64,000 nt of DNA from Takakia lepidozioides (taxonomy: Eukaryota > Plantae > Bryophyta): the NCBI GenBank assembly GCA_030704615.1, contig CM060733.1, positions 21,948,001-22,012,000 of the forward strand, written 5' to 3'. The stretch's first letter is position 1. Each line of letters starts with the position of its first letter. Below the pieces are notes generated by a model. That model was not told the origin of the DNA and did no database searches. It saw only the letters and a list, made by a program, of their open reading frames with translations. Positions 27,465-37,468 of the stretch are shown one piece after another. The position numbers and the translations under genes were made by a program.

Positions 27465-28861
27465 ACCTCTGCTCATGGAAAACTCAACCTCCATTGTTAT
27501 AGTGTTGTTATAGTTCTTGTAATTCTCTTGCGACTCTTTTTCGTCACAACGTTACATATATAAATTTAATGTTCAAGTCACTGCCAACGATGAGCTTGAC
27601 GAACAGGCAAGCGATTTTTCCAGATACAAGAACTTTACACTTATGACATTGCTGGCAATATCAAGATTACAAAAGTACCTAAGAGATTGTGTGTAAAACC
27701 GAGATGTACAAGTAGTTTTGATGAGTTTTTAAAGTTTCTTCGCAAGAACTGAAACCATTTGCAATAGAGTATTGAGCTCCTCCTGTGAAGCATCAAACTC
27801 GAAATAAAACGATTCTGCTGCGTATTGCCGCACTAACTGTAAGTTTGGATTCAAAGGTCGAAGTGGGGGCAGCAAGCCATGGCGAGGGGCATCGGATCCT
27901 AGGAGAATTCTGTGATACAAAGATTGGAAGAGAGAGAGAGAAGAGCAAGAGGGACAGAACGAAGTGCAAGAGTGACGAGGTTGGAGCTGGACAGTTTAAA
28001 GACGAGAGACAGAACCTAATCATCATATTGACAGAACCCCCTATCTGGCCTTCTATTTGCTACCCCTTCTGTCTGATGCATCATAGAATGGACCTTAGCC
28101 CTAGTGCATTTCTCGACTGAGCATTTCTTCATGAGATGCACGACGACAGAATAAAGCAGGATTTTAACCCAAGCAAGGAAGTTGGATGAGTCTATACCCA
28201 ACTTTTATAGGATCCCTATGAGAAGAGATTAATTGATTCGATCAAAAACTTTCTAAAAATCTGGCATTATGAGAGCTATTATTATCCTAAAGACTTGTAA
28301 GTTGTGGGTAAAAAGCTCCACATCTGTCCAAAAGAACAATCATGCTGATATGTAATGAGATTCGAGATGAACTTATAGGAATATACACCAATCACGGTGG
28401 AGATATGTTGATATATGATAATGATTAGCTTACTGGAATATACAGGTCCAACTTGAAGACACAAATCTCTTTGGAGATAAGATAGTTGTGACCTTAATAT
28501 ACGAACTCACGCATGGGTATCTAATCTGCCAGTGCTACTGAATTTATCAAGCTAAATTCTGGAAGCAGACTCAAACCTTAAACCACAACGCATCAGGTAT
28601 TGCTTCTATATGTGACACGCCTTGATTGTAGAGAACAGCCTGGCTGGTCTGCTTTCTTCTCTCTTGTTTTAGCTCATTCTCTCACTCTCTTCGACTCAGT
28701 CGTCACCCCAGCCACCACTTACAGCTGTGCTCGTTCTGGGTCACTTAAAGGAGAATGACCTGGAACCCCTTCAATCATCTTTCCTTCAAGGAATTATGGG
28801 GCTAGAGGTACAATACCATCATAGATTTTGCGTGTGTACCACATCTAACCAAGGCCATCTG

Positions 28862-31800
28862 TGTCGCGGCCCTTTGCCTTGAGGGCAGGGGGTCGGGACG
28901 TAGAGGGGCTGCCCCTGTGGTGGGGGCGGTGGCAGCAATAGGTACGGGGGGCTGAAGCACCCTTGAGTGCCCAAGGCACTCAAGGAAGCGGAGGCGCTCA
29001 CTAGGTGGAGCCCCGCACACCGGGTTGCGGTGGGGCTGGCTCCACAATGGATGGTGGTAGCTTAGTGGGACTTAGTGGGGGTGGCATAGGACTCACCATG
29101 GGGCGGAGACCTTGTGGTGGGAGTCGTGGGGAGTCTTGGGACTCACCACGGTCCAATGGGGCCGTGGTGGGTGGGCCAAGACTCACCGCGACTCATCACC
29201 GGGAATCGAGGGTCTTCGTGGTGGTTCGCCATAAAATGGCATGGTTGTTTGTGAAACCCCCGCGGACAGTCACAGAAGTATATATAGGGAGTAGTAACCC
29301 CGAGAACGGTGCAAGCCCGTTGGTGACCAAAAACTAGTGAGTAAGCGAGCGAGCCGGAAAGCGACTAAGGAGTGGGGAGCTATTTCGGACTGCCATCTAC
29401 CAAAGGGAATTTCCACTAGGCCCAAATTGGTGGAGGGTCTGTTGGGGGAAGAAAGGGGGACCGTTATGTCCCGGTGAGCAGCCGAAGCTCCGAGTTGGCC
29501 GGCGGTCAGGTTGGGAGTTAGGCGCGCGCATCAAAGCGAGTAACTATGACTTGAAGGGGAGCTTACCGAAGTGAGGTGCACGACACTTGGTATCAGAGCT
29601 TAGAGTTCAGTACGCGATCGTCCTTGGGATCGGCCTCAGCATGGGGTCGGGCAAGCCAAAGCGAAAGCGGAACGGCCCGAAAGATGATGATCCTGGTGAG
29701 CCCGATGGGGGCGACGTGTCACCGAAGCGGCCATTTGAGGAAGCAACGCATGCTTTTGAAAATGAGGCCACTCAAGAATGGGAGGAATCTGAGGAGTCGG
29801 AGCCCGAGGAATCTCTGAGAGCTCCAACAGACCAACAGATGTCTCCCATGCCAGCAGCCTTTTGGGAAGGGTTGTTGGCGCAGTTTGGCAGGACGTTGAA
29901 AGACGTGTTGAAGGCGGCTAATGCCACCCCCACTAAGTCCGACTAAGCTATCACCACCCCTCGTGGAACCACTCCCACCGCAACCCAGTGTGCGGGGCTC
30001 CACCTAATGAGTGCCTCCGCCTCCTTGAGTGCATTGGGCACTCAAGGGTGCTTCAGCCCCCTCATCTATTGTCGCCACTGCCCCCACCACAGGGGCAGCC
30101 CCTCTCGTGTCCCGACCCCCTGCCCTCAAGGCAAAGGGCCACGACAGGGACAAGACAATGTGATGGCCGATGCTTGAAGTAGAAAGCAGCAGCTAATGTT
30201 GGTGTACAGGGGTGAGACGGTGCTCCAAAGGAAGATTCGAAAGGCTTACCGCAAGGATGAGATGGCGAAGTCCGTGATGCGGGACTTGAGGATGTGGGTT
30301 AAATCGCAACTTGTAAAATGAACTGCTCCGGTATAAGCAAAAACGTCTCTACGTGCCGAAGGGAGGGATCAGAGATAGTCTCTTGAGAGAATGCCATGAT
30401 GGCCCGCTTGCGGGCCACGGCGGAGCCAAGCGCACCACGGCACTCTTGAATAAAGAGTATTTCTGGCACAAACTGAGGGAGGAGGCCAAGGAGTATGTCA
30501 AGACATGCACCACATGCCAACAAAACCGGAGCGAGTACAAAAAGCAAGCGGGGCTGTTACAACCCTTGCCGATTCCAGAGGGGTCTTGGGAAAGTGTCTC
30601 GATGGATTTCATGACTGCTATGCCGCTGTCAAAATGATTCGATGCAATCATGGTGGTGGTGGATATGTTCAGTAAAATGGGTCATTTCATCCCCACCAAG
30701 GAGACGGCAACGACACAGGAGACGAGGCGACTTTACTTCGCCCACGTCTTCAAGCACTCCCGAAGGATATTGTCTCGGACTGCGATCCAAAGTTTGCGAA
30801 GAAATTTTGGAGGGCACTTTGGAAGAAGATGAGGACGAGGCTCAAGATGAGCACTGCCTTTCGACCTACGACGGATGGCCAAACGGAAAGGGTGAATTCC
30901 GTGGTGAAGCAGATCTTGCGGAATTACTGGTCTATGAAAAAGCACCGCTAGTGCCGACAAGTTGGGCTGCCCAAGACGTTGAGGAACCGGCAGCAGCAGC
31001 AGTGTTGGAGGAACACGAGCGCTTGTTGACGCTCGCAAAGTACAACATCGCCAAAGCTAGGAAATGGTATGAACGGCAGGCAAATCGGAAGCGGAGGGAA
31101 GTCAAGTTTGAGGCAGGTACGGAGGTCTGGTTGAACATCAAGAATTTTCGACTACCTCCGGAAGTGAGTCCGAAGTTTGTATCTCCGTATGCGGAACCCT
31201 TTCGCATCCGGAAGGTTATGAATGAGGATGTGTATGAATTTGATCTGCCGGCAAACAGTAAGGTGCATTTGGTATTCCACGTCTCCTTTTAAAAGCCTTA
31301 CTTCAAAGATAAAGCGCGTCCGAATCGGCATCAAGTGTTGCGTCCGCCACCTGTGCTGTTGGATCATGAAAATGAACCAAAGTACGAGGTGGAGGCAGTG
31401 CTTAAGTCGAGGAGGTTCAAGAATCTTGAAACGGAGTATCTCGTGAAATGTAAGGGCTATCATCATGTGGAGGCATCTTAGGTACGTGCCTTAGAAATAG
31501 GGAACGCATCCGAGACGGTTGCAGCTTTTGAAGGGCGACCTCAAAAGCGGAAGAAGCGTTGATGGGGACATCAACCTTGGATCGTGGGGGAGGAAATACA
31601 TGCTTAGCCCGGCTTAGCTAGCTCAGGAATCCGATTGCAAAAACTTGTGTTGTACAAATTTTGTTATAAATGAAATGGTTTCCAAATGTTGCGCCTCCTA
31701 TTTTGTTTGGAATGGTGATGCATGGCATGGTTGGCTAGTGTGTAGAATGCATGCTAGCTTACAAAAGTTGGAGAGGTAAATTGGATTAATCGTGTGTTTG

Positions 31801-32673
31801 CGTAGTGTCGAAATCGGATGACTCCCATCCAAGGGGCAAGGAAACTTGCACCTTCTTTGGGAGTTCACATGCTAGTGCGCACCTGGCGCGTGCGCGTACT
31901 ATAACTGCGCTACCGAGGGGATTGCCTTGTAGTGCGGGCTAACGCGGAAGCTACGTGCTTCCGTTCACGTATTATAATTGTGTAGCCTCGGGACGAAGTC
32001 GTAGTGCGGCTTTGGCGTGTTCCCGTACCTTAGGCCAGCATTCCAAAGCGGACCCAATTGTAGTGATTGGGGCGCACGGTTGTTTCAAGGTTATCTTCCT
32101 AGTCAAAAAAAGGTTCAAGGTGAACCTTTGCTCAAGGTGATGCCAAAAACGGCATCATGAGCGGTCGCAAGCAATGTTGTTGCAGTAAGGTGATTCGATC
32201 CTCGGGGAGGATCGTTCCTTGGCCGTGAAGTGGGCCAAAAAGAGTGCACTAGGAGGAGAGGCTCCACCCTTGGGCGGGACATGGAGAAAGTCGGCCGAAC
32301 TAGCTAGTGGAGAGTAGAGTCAAGTGTGGGGTTTGGTTCTTTGCCATGGGACGCCATGGTGCGGAAACAAACTCTTTGATGTGGTACGCCACAACTTGGA
32401 TGTTCGTTTCTACAAATGGATAAGTCGATGAGGACATCGACTCCCTGTCGGTAGGGGTGTGTGTCGCGGCCCTTTGCCTTGAGGGCAGGGGGTCGGGACG
32501 CAGAGGGGCTGCCCTTGTGGTGGGGGGCGGTGGCAGCAGTAGGTACGGGGGGCTGAAGCACCCTTAAGTGCCCAAGGCACTCAAGGAAGCAGAGGCGCTC
32601 ACTAGGTGGAGCCCCGCACACCGGGTTGCGGTGGGGGTGGCTCCACAAGGGGTGGTGGTGGCTTAGTAGGACT
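28862..32673 (+). mobile_element. Ty3/gypsy chromovirus remnant; 3' LTR truncated at the PLE junction
   Basis: 5' LTR 28862-29585 (TGTCG...CGACA); PBS TGGTATCAGAGC at 29588-29599 (tRNA-iMet). Integrase HHCC (ECHDGPLAGHGG...CTTCQQN, WESVSMDF) and chromodomain-like YEVEAVLKSRR at 30300-31560, with stops and frameshifts. 3' LTR starts at 32462 and stops at 32673. Inverted LTR fragment 29925-30146. Confidence 0.9.
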
Positions 32674-32816
32674 TGTGTTGGACGATCTCTCCAGCCAAGA
32701 CAATTTTGGATGTTTTCCATCCATTAGGTATTTTCTCTCCCCCCCCCGAGACAAGTTCACTTTCCGCAGTATATAAGCGGGGTGAGGGGTGCACATTGTA
32801 TCTCTTTTCCTTCTCT

Positions 32817-32860
32817 TTCCCACTGATGAGCTCACGCGCTGAGCGAAACTAGTTTGGGGA
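32817..32860 (+). ncRNA. Minimal type I hammerhead ribozyme (family A, 5' pLTR)
   Basis: TTCCCA-CTGATGA-GCTC(ACGCGCT)GAGC-GAAAC-TA-GTT-TGGGGA. Confidence 0.9.
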
Positions 32861-33402
32861 TTATAGAGATTCGCTTTGCTGCATCTTGTGTTCTTGTCTC
32901 TTTGTCTCATTGGCGGCGTTGTTGTTGTTGTTGAGTTTTAGATTTGATCTTCTGCATAGTTCATTGCATTCATTTGCTTTGTGTCTATTGTAGTGCATGT
33001 TTTAAACTCCTTTTCGAGTGTTACATGTTAGATCTCCTTCTAAGACTGCTCTTTAGTGTGTCTATTCTCTTTCTCAGAGATAGGTCACTATTCTCCTGTC
33101 CTTACAGTGAATTAGTTTCATCACACACACTTGCCTCTTGCATATACTTGCATTCGCACTTTAGAACGTTGCAACATCACTCCCACTCTGTTCTATTCTA
33201 GTTTTGTGTTTCAGGATCGATTCTTTTAGTTTTGATTCACAGGCTAGATATTTCTACAAGCTTTCTAAGGTGTCCATAACTGGCCCCCCTAAAAACTTGT
33301 TTGCACTTTGCTACTAATGCACCCGGTGCATTCGCGGTTCGAACTCTGTTGCACTGCTACATGTATTTGTTTCCACTCTTTTGTAAACCCTAAACATTTG
33401 TT

Positions 33403-34599
33403 ATGATGTTAGCTGCAACTTCTGAACCTTCTTCTTCCAAGCGTCCTAGGATAGAGATGAATAGTGATGGTGCTCCTGCAGAAGATCGACCGTCTTATTC
33501 GCCTCCAAGGGATTTATCTCCTACTCCAAGGCCGCAAGTTGGGATCTTTTTCAACCAGAATGATCATTCTCCAGACTTTGTGGATGCTATTCGCAAGTTG
33601 TTGGACAACTCTCTGGCGCAGTACAAGAAGGATTTCAAGAGACTTCAACGTCTCAAGGCAACTTCCGACAAACTCAGATCTCAAAAAGCTGCCGGTGAAA
33701 TTCCTCATGCTTGTAGAGTTGCTTGTCCGAAGTTGGTCATCTCTTCTGCCTCTGTCCAGACGTCTTTGGATGCTACTGTCCTAGCAGCCACTGTTGCTTA
33801 CCATTCAGCTTTGCAAACAGCTTTTATTCAAGCTCATTCCGATCTGGTACAAGAAGCTGAAGCTGTTTTGAGCAAATCCTCTGATGTTTTCATTGCTCGA
33901 CTCAGGGAGATCAACTTGCATGTGGATGTATCTTCTTGCACAGACCAGATTCAGGATTCTTCTTGGCTCTTTGATGAGCTTGACTTTGTGTGCACTCAAG
34001 CCACTACAGCCTGGTATGCCGGAATTTCTTGCTTTCGCGCCAACCACAACCTCGGTACTGCAGTGAGGGATAAGGCGTTACATGAAAGGAACCAAGCTAG
34101 AGATCAGGCCATGGCAGATGCTGATGTTCTTCCTACTGAGCCTACCATTGCCGAGCTAGTAAGGAAAGAGGTGCAGAAACAACTTTCCCACTCACGAAAG
34201 AAAACTTCTCTCTCTCCTACTCGCCCTAAGCAACATCAACGAGCGCGTTCTTCCTCTCCTAACCACAAGAGGCGACAACAGCGTGGCCGCTCACCTGCTC
34301 GACGAGTCTCCAAGACTCAACCTACCAGCCGAGGCACTTCAGCAAAAGCCAAGGTAACTTCCTCCAAGGCAAACTCTTCAAAGCAGCAGGGAAATGGCCA
34401 ACAGCGGAATGGGACTGCTCGCACCCGTTTCGCTGCATCGCGTTCATCTTCTCCGAGCAAATCCGCCCTACGTTCTCAGACCCGTTCTGGTTCTGGACAA
34501 CAAAAGTCGGGGCAAAACCAACAACAGAAGCTCAAGAAGAAGGTCACATGGGCAGATCCAAGCCGAAGAGAGCTCGCAAGCTCTTCTGGTGGCCGTTGA
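33403..34599 (+). CDS. PLE ORF1 (predicted helical/coiled-coil protein with a basic Ser/Arg-rich tail)
   Basis: 398-aa open frame directly after the 5' pLTR; overlaps the RT frame in -1. Confidence 0.75.
   Translation: MMLAATSEPSSSKRPRIEMNSDGAPAEDRPSYSPPRDLSPTPRPQVGIFFNQNDHSPDFVDAIRKLLDNSLAQYKKDFKRLQRLKATSDKLRSQKAAGEIPHACRVACPKLVISSASVQTSLDATVLAATVAYHSALQTAFIQAHSDLVQEAEAVLSKSSDVFIARLREINLHVDVSSCTDQIQDSSWLFDELDFVCTQATTAWYAGISCFRANHNLGTAVRDKALHERNQARDQAMADADVLPTEPTIAELVRKEVQKQLSHSRKKTSLSPTRPKQHQRARSSSPNHKRRQQRGRSPARRVSKTQPTSRGTSAKAKVTSSKANSSKQQGNGQQRNGTARTRFAASRSSSPSKSALRSQTRSGSGQQKSGQNQQQKLKKKVTWADPSRRELASSSGGR
34389..34459 (+). promoter_or_regulatory. -1 programmed ribosomal frameshift signal (slippery heptamer + H-type pseudoknot)
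   Basis: G GGA AAT at 34389-95 in the ORF1 frame; 6-nt spacer; 12-bp stem 34402-13 / 34424-35; loop TGCTCG (34416-21) complementary to CGAGCA (34454-59). Confidence 0.8.
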
Positions 34600-36455
34600 G
34601 GGATGTAGAAGGCTATAAGCTTTATCTTTTTTCTTGCAAGAGAGTCTCTCAGGCAGAGAACAGGTTAACCAACGTGGCCATCCACAACGTGGCCAATCGT
34701 CCACTCTCTTGTTTTGAAAAGAAGCTTTTAGGCCTAGGTTTGAGTTTTATTCCTCATCCTACTCCTCCTTCTCCCTCTTCTATTCTTGATGCTTATGACT
34801 CTTTGGCTCAATCTTTACGTCTTCGATATCACTTCAGGGATGCTAGAGATACACCCATTCCTCCTTTCAGAGTTCCTCAACCTTCTTGGGATCAGTGTGT
34901 GCGACTTCCTGCTTTGGAAAGCATTATCATCGAGGGTCGCAACATTGTAGAGACTCGGTTAAGGGAGGTGGCTCGCTCTGCCTACAGGTCTTCTATTCGA
35001 GGTCACCTCAAGACTGCGATACGCTGTCTGAGCAGAGATGAGTCCATCGTCATCAAGCCAGCAGACAAAAATCTTGGGTTGGTGATCATGCGGAAGGACT
35101 GGTATGTGGATGAGGGACACCGCCAACTCCACGATGGACAAGTTTACGAATCCGTGGCAGAGATCCCATTTGACAATCTCGCATATGGTTTGGATGCATT
35201 GCTCGCTTCCGCTCTCTTGTTTGGATTGATTGACAGGCAGACAAGGGACTTTTTGGCGCTCAAGCCCCAAGGGGGCTACCGACCCTGCATGTTTTATCTC
35301 GTGCCCAAAATGCACAAGCCTGTGGTGGTTGGGAGGCCGATTTGTTCATACAACGGATATGTTTTTGAGCACGCATCCAAGTGGTTGCATCACCATCTGT
35401 TTCCCATTCTGCTCGAGGAAGATAACCATTTGATAGATTCTATATCTTTGTTGAAAGATCTGTCGGATAGGCAACTTCCTGGCGACGTGCTTTTGTTCAC
35501 CTTTGATGTGGAGTCATTGTATCCTAGCATTCCTACTGGGGACGGGCTTCGACGATTGAAGGAGATGATTGCCGGCAAGCTCAAGTCACCTCAGTTTGAA
35601 AGATTCGTCCTGAGTCTTTCTCGCATGGTGTTGGAGAATAACTATCTTCAATTTGGCTCCAGCTATTGGCATCAGATCCGAGGCACGGCAATGGGTAGCA
35701 ACTTTGCTGTTGTTTATGCTTGTCTCTTTCTTTGCAGCTTAGAAAGAGAGTTGGCTGGTGCTGGAGGAGGCATGTGGCCTCTATACTACAAGAGATACAT
35801 CGATGATGGATTTGGAATTTGGGCAGGATCTCGGGCAAGTTTGGAGGCTTGGCTCGATGGATACAACTCTCTTAGTCCCACAATTCGGATTCAAAGGGTA
35901 ATCTCTGAGTCTACGGTTGACATTCTTGATATTCAGTTCTTCAAGGGAGCTGATTTTGTCAACCATGGGATTTTATCTTCGAGATGTCATCAAAAGGCAC
36001 TCAACAGATACCAGTATTTGCCATGGACCTCGTGTCATCCACGACACCAAAAACGAGCATTCATCATTGGCGAATTACGACGTTACACTTTGAGGGAGAG
36101 CACACGGGCAGGTTTTTCTGAGATCAGGCAACTGTTCTATGAGCGACTGCGTGCTCGAGGCTATCCAAAGTCTTTTATCTTGGAGTGTTTTGTGCTTTGT
36201 GACTATGCACAACGTGCTACACTGTTGACTTCAGAGTCCACTCGTAAGTTGACGGGCAAGCGGGCCCCCTTGGTTTTGAAACTTGAGCATTCGCGTTATA
36301 CTCAAGCTCTAAGCTTTGAGGGAGTCCTAAACCCTAAACTTCATGAGGGCTTTTTGAAAGTTCCGCAGTTAGTGTCTTTTGACAGACCTATGGTATGTTG
36401 GAAGAGGGCACGGAACTTGCGTTCCTATCTAGTTCGTGCTATGTTACAAATCTAG
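34548..36455 (+). CDS. PLE reverse transcriptase without GIY-YIG endonuclease; probably made as a -1 frameshift fusion with ORF1
   Basis: PLE motifs IKPADKNLGLV, YLVPKMHK, GRPI, FTFDVESLYPSIP, QIRGTAMGS, YKRYIDDGFGIW, SCHP...KRAFIIGELRRY, RARGYP. Ends at RNLRSYLVRAMLQI* with no Cys linker or GIY-YIG domain. The frame is open upstream to at least 34323. Confidence 0.93.
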   Translation: MGRSKPKRARKLFWWPLRDVEGYKLYLFSCKRVSQAENRLTNVAIHNVANRPLSCFEKKLLGLGLSFIPHPTPPSPSSILDAYDSLAQSLRLRYHFRDARDTPIPPFRVPQPSWDQCVRLPALESIIIEGRNIVETRLREVARSAYRSSIRGHLKTAIRCLSRDESIVIKPADKNLGLVIMRKDWYVDEGHRQLHDGQVYESVAEIPFDNLAYGLDALLASALLFGLIDRQTRDFLALKPQGGYRPCMFYLVPKMHKPVVVGRPICSYNGYVFEHASKWLHHHLFPILLEEDNHLIDSISLLKDLSDRQLPGDVLLFTFDVESLYPSIPTGDGLRRLKEMIAGKLKSPQFERFVLSLSRMVLENNYLQFGSSYWHQIRGTAMGSNFAVVYACLFLCSLERELAGAGGGMWPLYYKRYIDDGFGIWAGSRASLEAWLDGYNSLSPTIRIQRVISESTVDILDIQFFKGADFVNHGILSSRCHQKALNRYQYLPWTSCHPRHQKRAFIIGELRRYTLRESTRAGFSEIRQLFYERLRARGYPKSFILECFVLCDYAQRATLLTSESTRKLTGKRAPLVLKLEHSRYTQALSFEGVLNPKLHEGFLKVPQLVSFDRPMVCWKRARNLRSYLVRAMLQI

Positions 36456-36750
36456 AGGCTAGTTGTATTTGAGACATGCAGTTAGCTTCTAGTTTGGATG
36501 ATTATCCATTTTGGAGAGAACATTAGGATGTTTTTCATCTAGATTTTCATGCGTTGGATATTTCTCCCCTGCCGAGAAAACTTTGGATGTTTTTCATCTA
36601 AGTTTTCATGTGTTGGACGATCTCTCCAGCCAAGACAATTTTGGATGTTTTCCATCCATTAGGTATTTTCTCTCCCCCCCCGAGACAAGTTCACTTTCCG
36701 CAGTATATAAGCGGGGTGAGGGGTGCACATTGTATCTCTTTTCCTTCTCT

Positions 36751-36794
36751 TTCCCACTGATGAGCTCACGCGCTGAGCGAAACTAGTTTGGGGA
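36751..36794 (+). ncRNA. Minimal type I hammerhead ribozyme (family A, 3' pLTR)
   Basis: Identical to 32817-32860. Confidence 0.9.
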
Positions 36795-37317
36795 TTATAG
36801 AGATTCGCTTTGCTGCATCTTGTGTTCTTGTCTCTTTGTCTCATTGGCGGCGTTGTTGTTGTTGTTGAGTTTTAGATTTGATCTTCTGCATAGTTCATTG
36901 CATTCATTTGCTTTGTGTCTATTGTAGTGCATGTTTTAAACTCCTTTTCGAGTGTTACATGTTAGATCTCCTTCTAAGACTGCTCTTTAGTGTGTCTATT
37001 CTCTTTCTCAGAGATAGGTCACTATTCTCCTGTCCTTACAGTGAATTAGTTTCATCACACACACTTGCCTCTTGCATATACTTGCATTCGCACTTTAGAA
37101 CGTTGCAACATCACTCCCACTCTGTTCTATTCTAGTTTTGTGTTTCAGGATCGATTCTTTTAGTTTTGATTCACAGGCTAGATATTTCTACAAGCTTTCT
37201 AAGGTGTCCATAACTGGCCCCCCTAAAAACTTGTTTGCACTTTGCTACTAATGCACCCGGTGCATTCGCGGTTCGAACTCTGTTGCACTGCTACATGTAT
37301 TTGTTTCCACTCTTTTG

Positions 37318-37468
37318 TAAACCCTAAACCCTAAACCCTAAACTTGTGAGGCCCCCCTAAAACTTGTTTGCCCGGATCGTGTTTATCTTGCACCCGGTGC
37401 CTCCGCGTTGTACTGCTACACTTGTTTTGACGCTTTATGTGAACCCTAAACCCTAAACACTAAACTTG
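37318..37468 (+). repeat. Telomeric tract, TR-like linker, family B 3'-end fragment, telomeric tract
   Basis: (AAACCCT)3 to 37343; TTGTGAGG 37344-51; family B end 37350-37441; telomeric repeats 37442-37465. Confidence 0.85.

Larger units (their letters stand above)
32674..37329 (+). mobile_element. Endonuclease-less Penelope-like retroelement (family A), apparently intact, with pLTR direct repeats
   Basis: About 720-bp direct repeats 32674-33395 and 36609-37329 (I saw only a 1-nt indel in a C run); ORF1 plus RT ORF; hammerheads in both repeats; 3' end merges into (CCCTAAA)n. Confidence 0.93.

Noticed and set aside
27500-28600. Possible transposase or RT remnant
   Set aside because: Too degenerate; no diagnostic motif recognised.
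36456-36800. GIY-YIG endonuclease downstream of the PLE RT
   Set aside because: No Cys linker or GIY-YIG motif in the ORFs; the region is short degenerate repeats leading into the pLTR.
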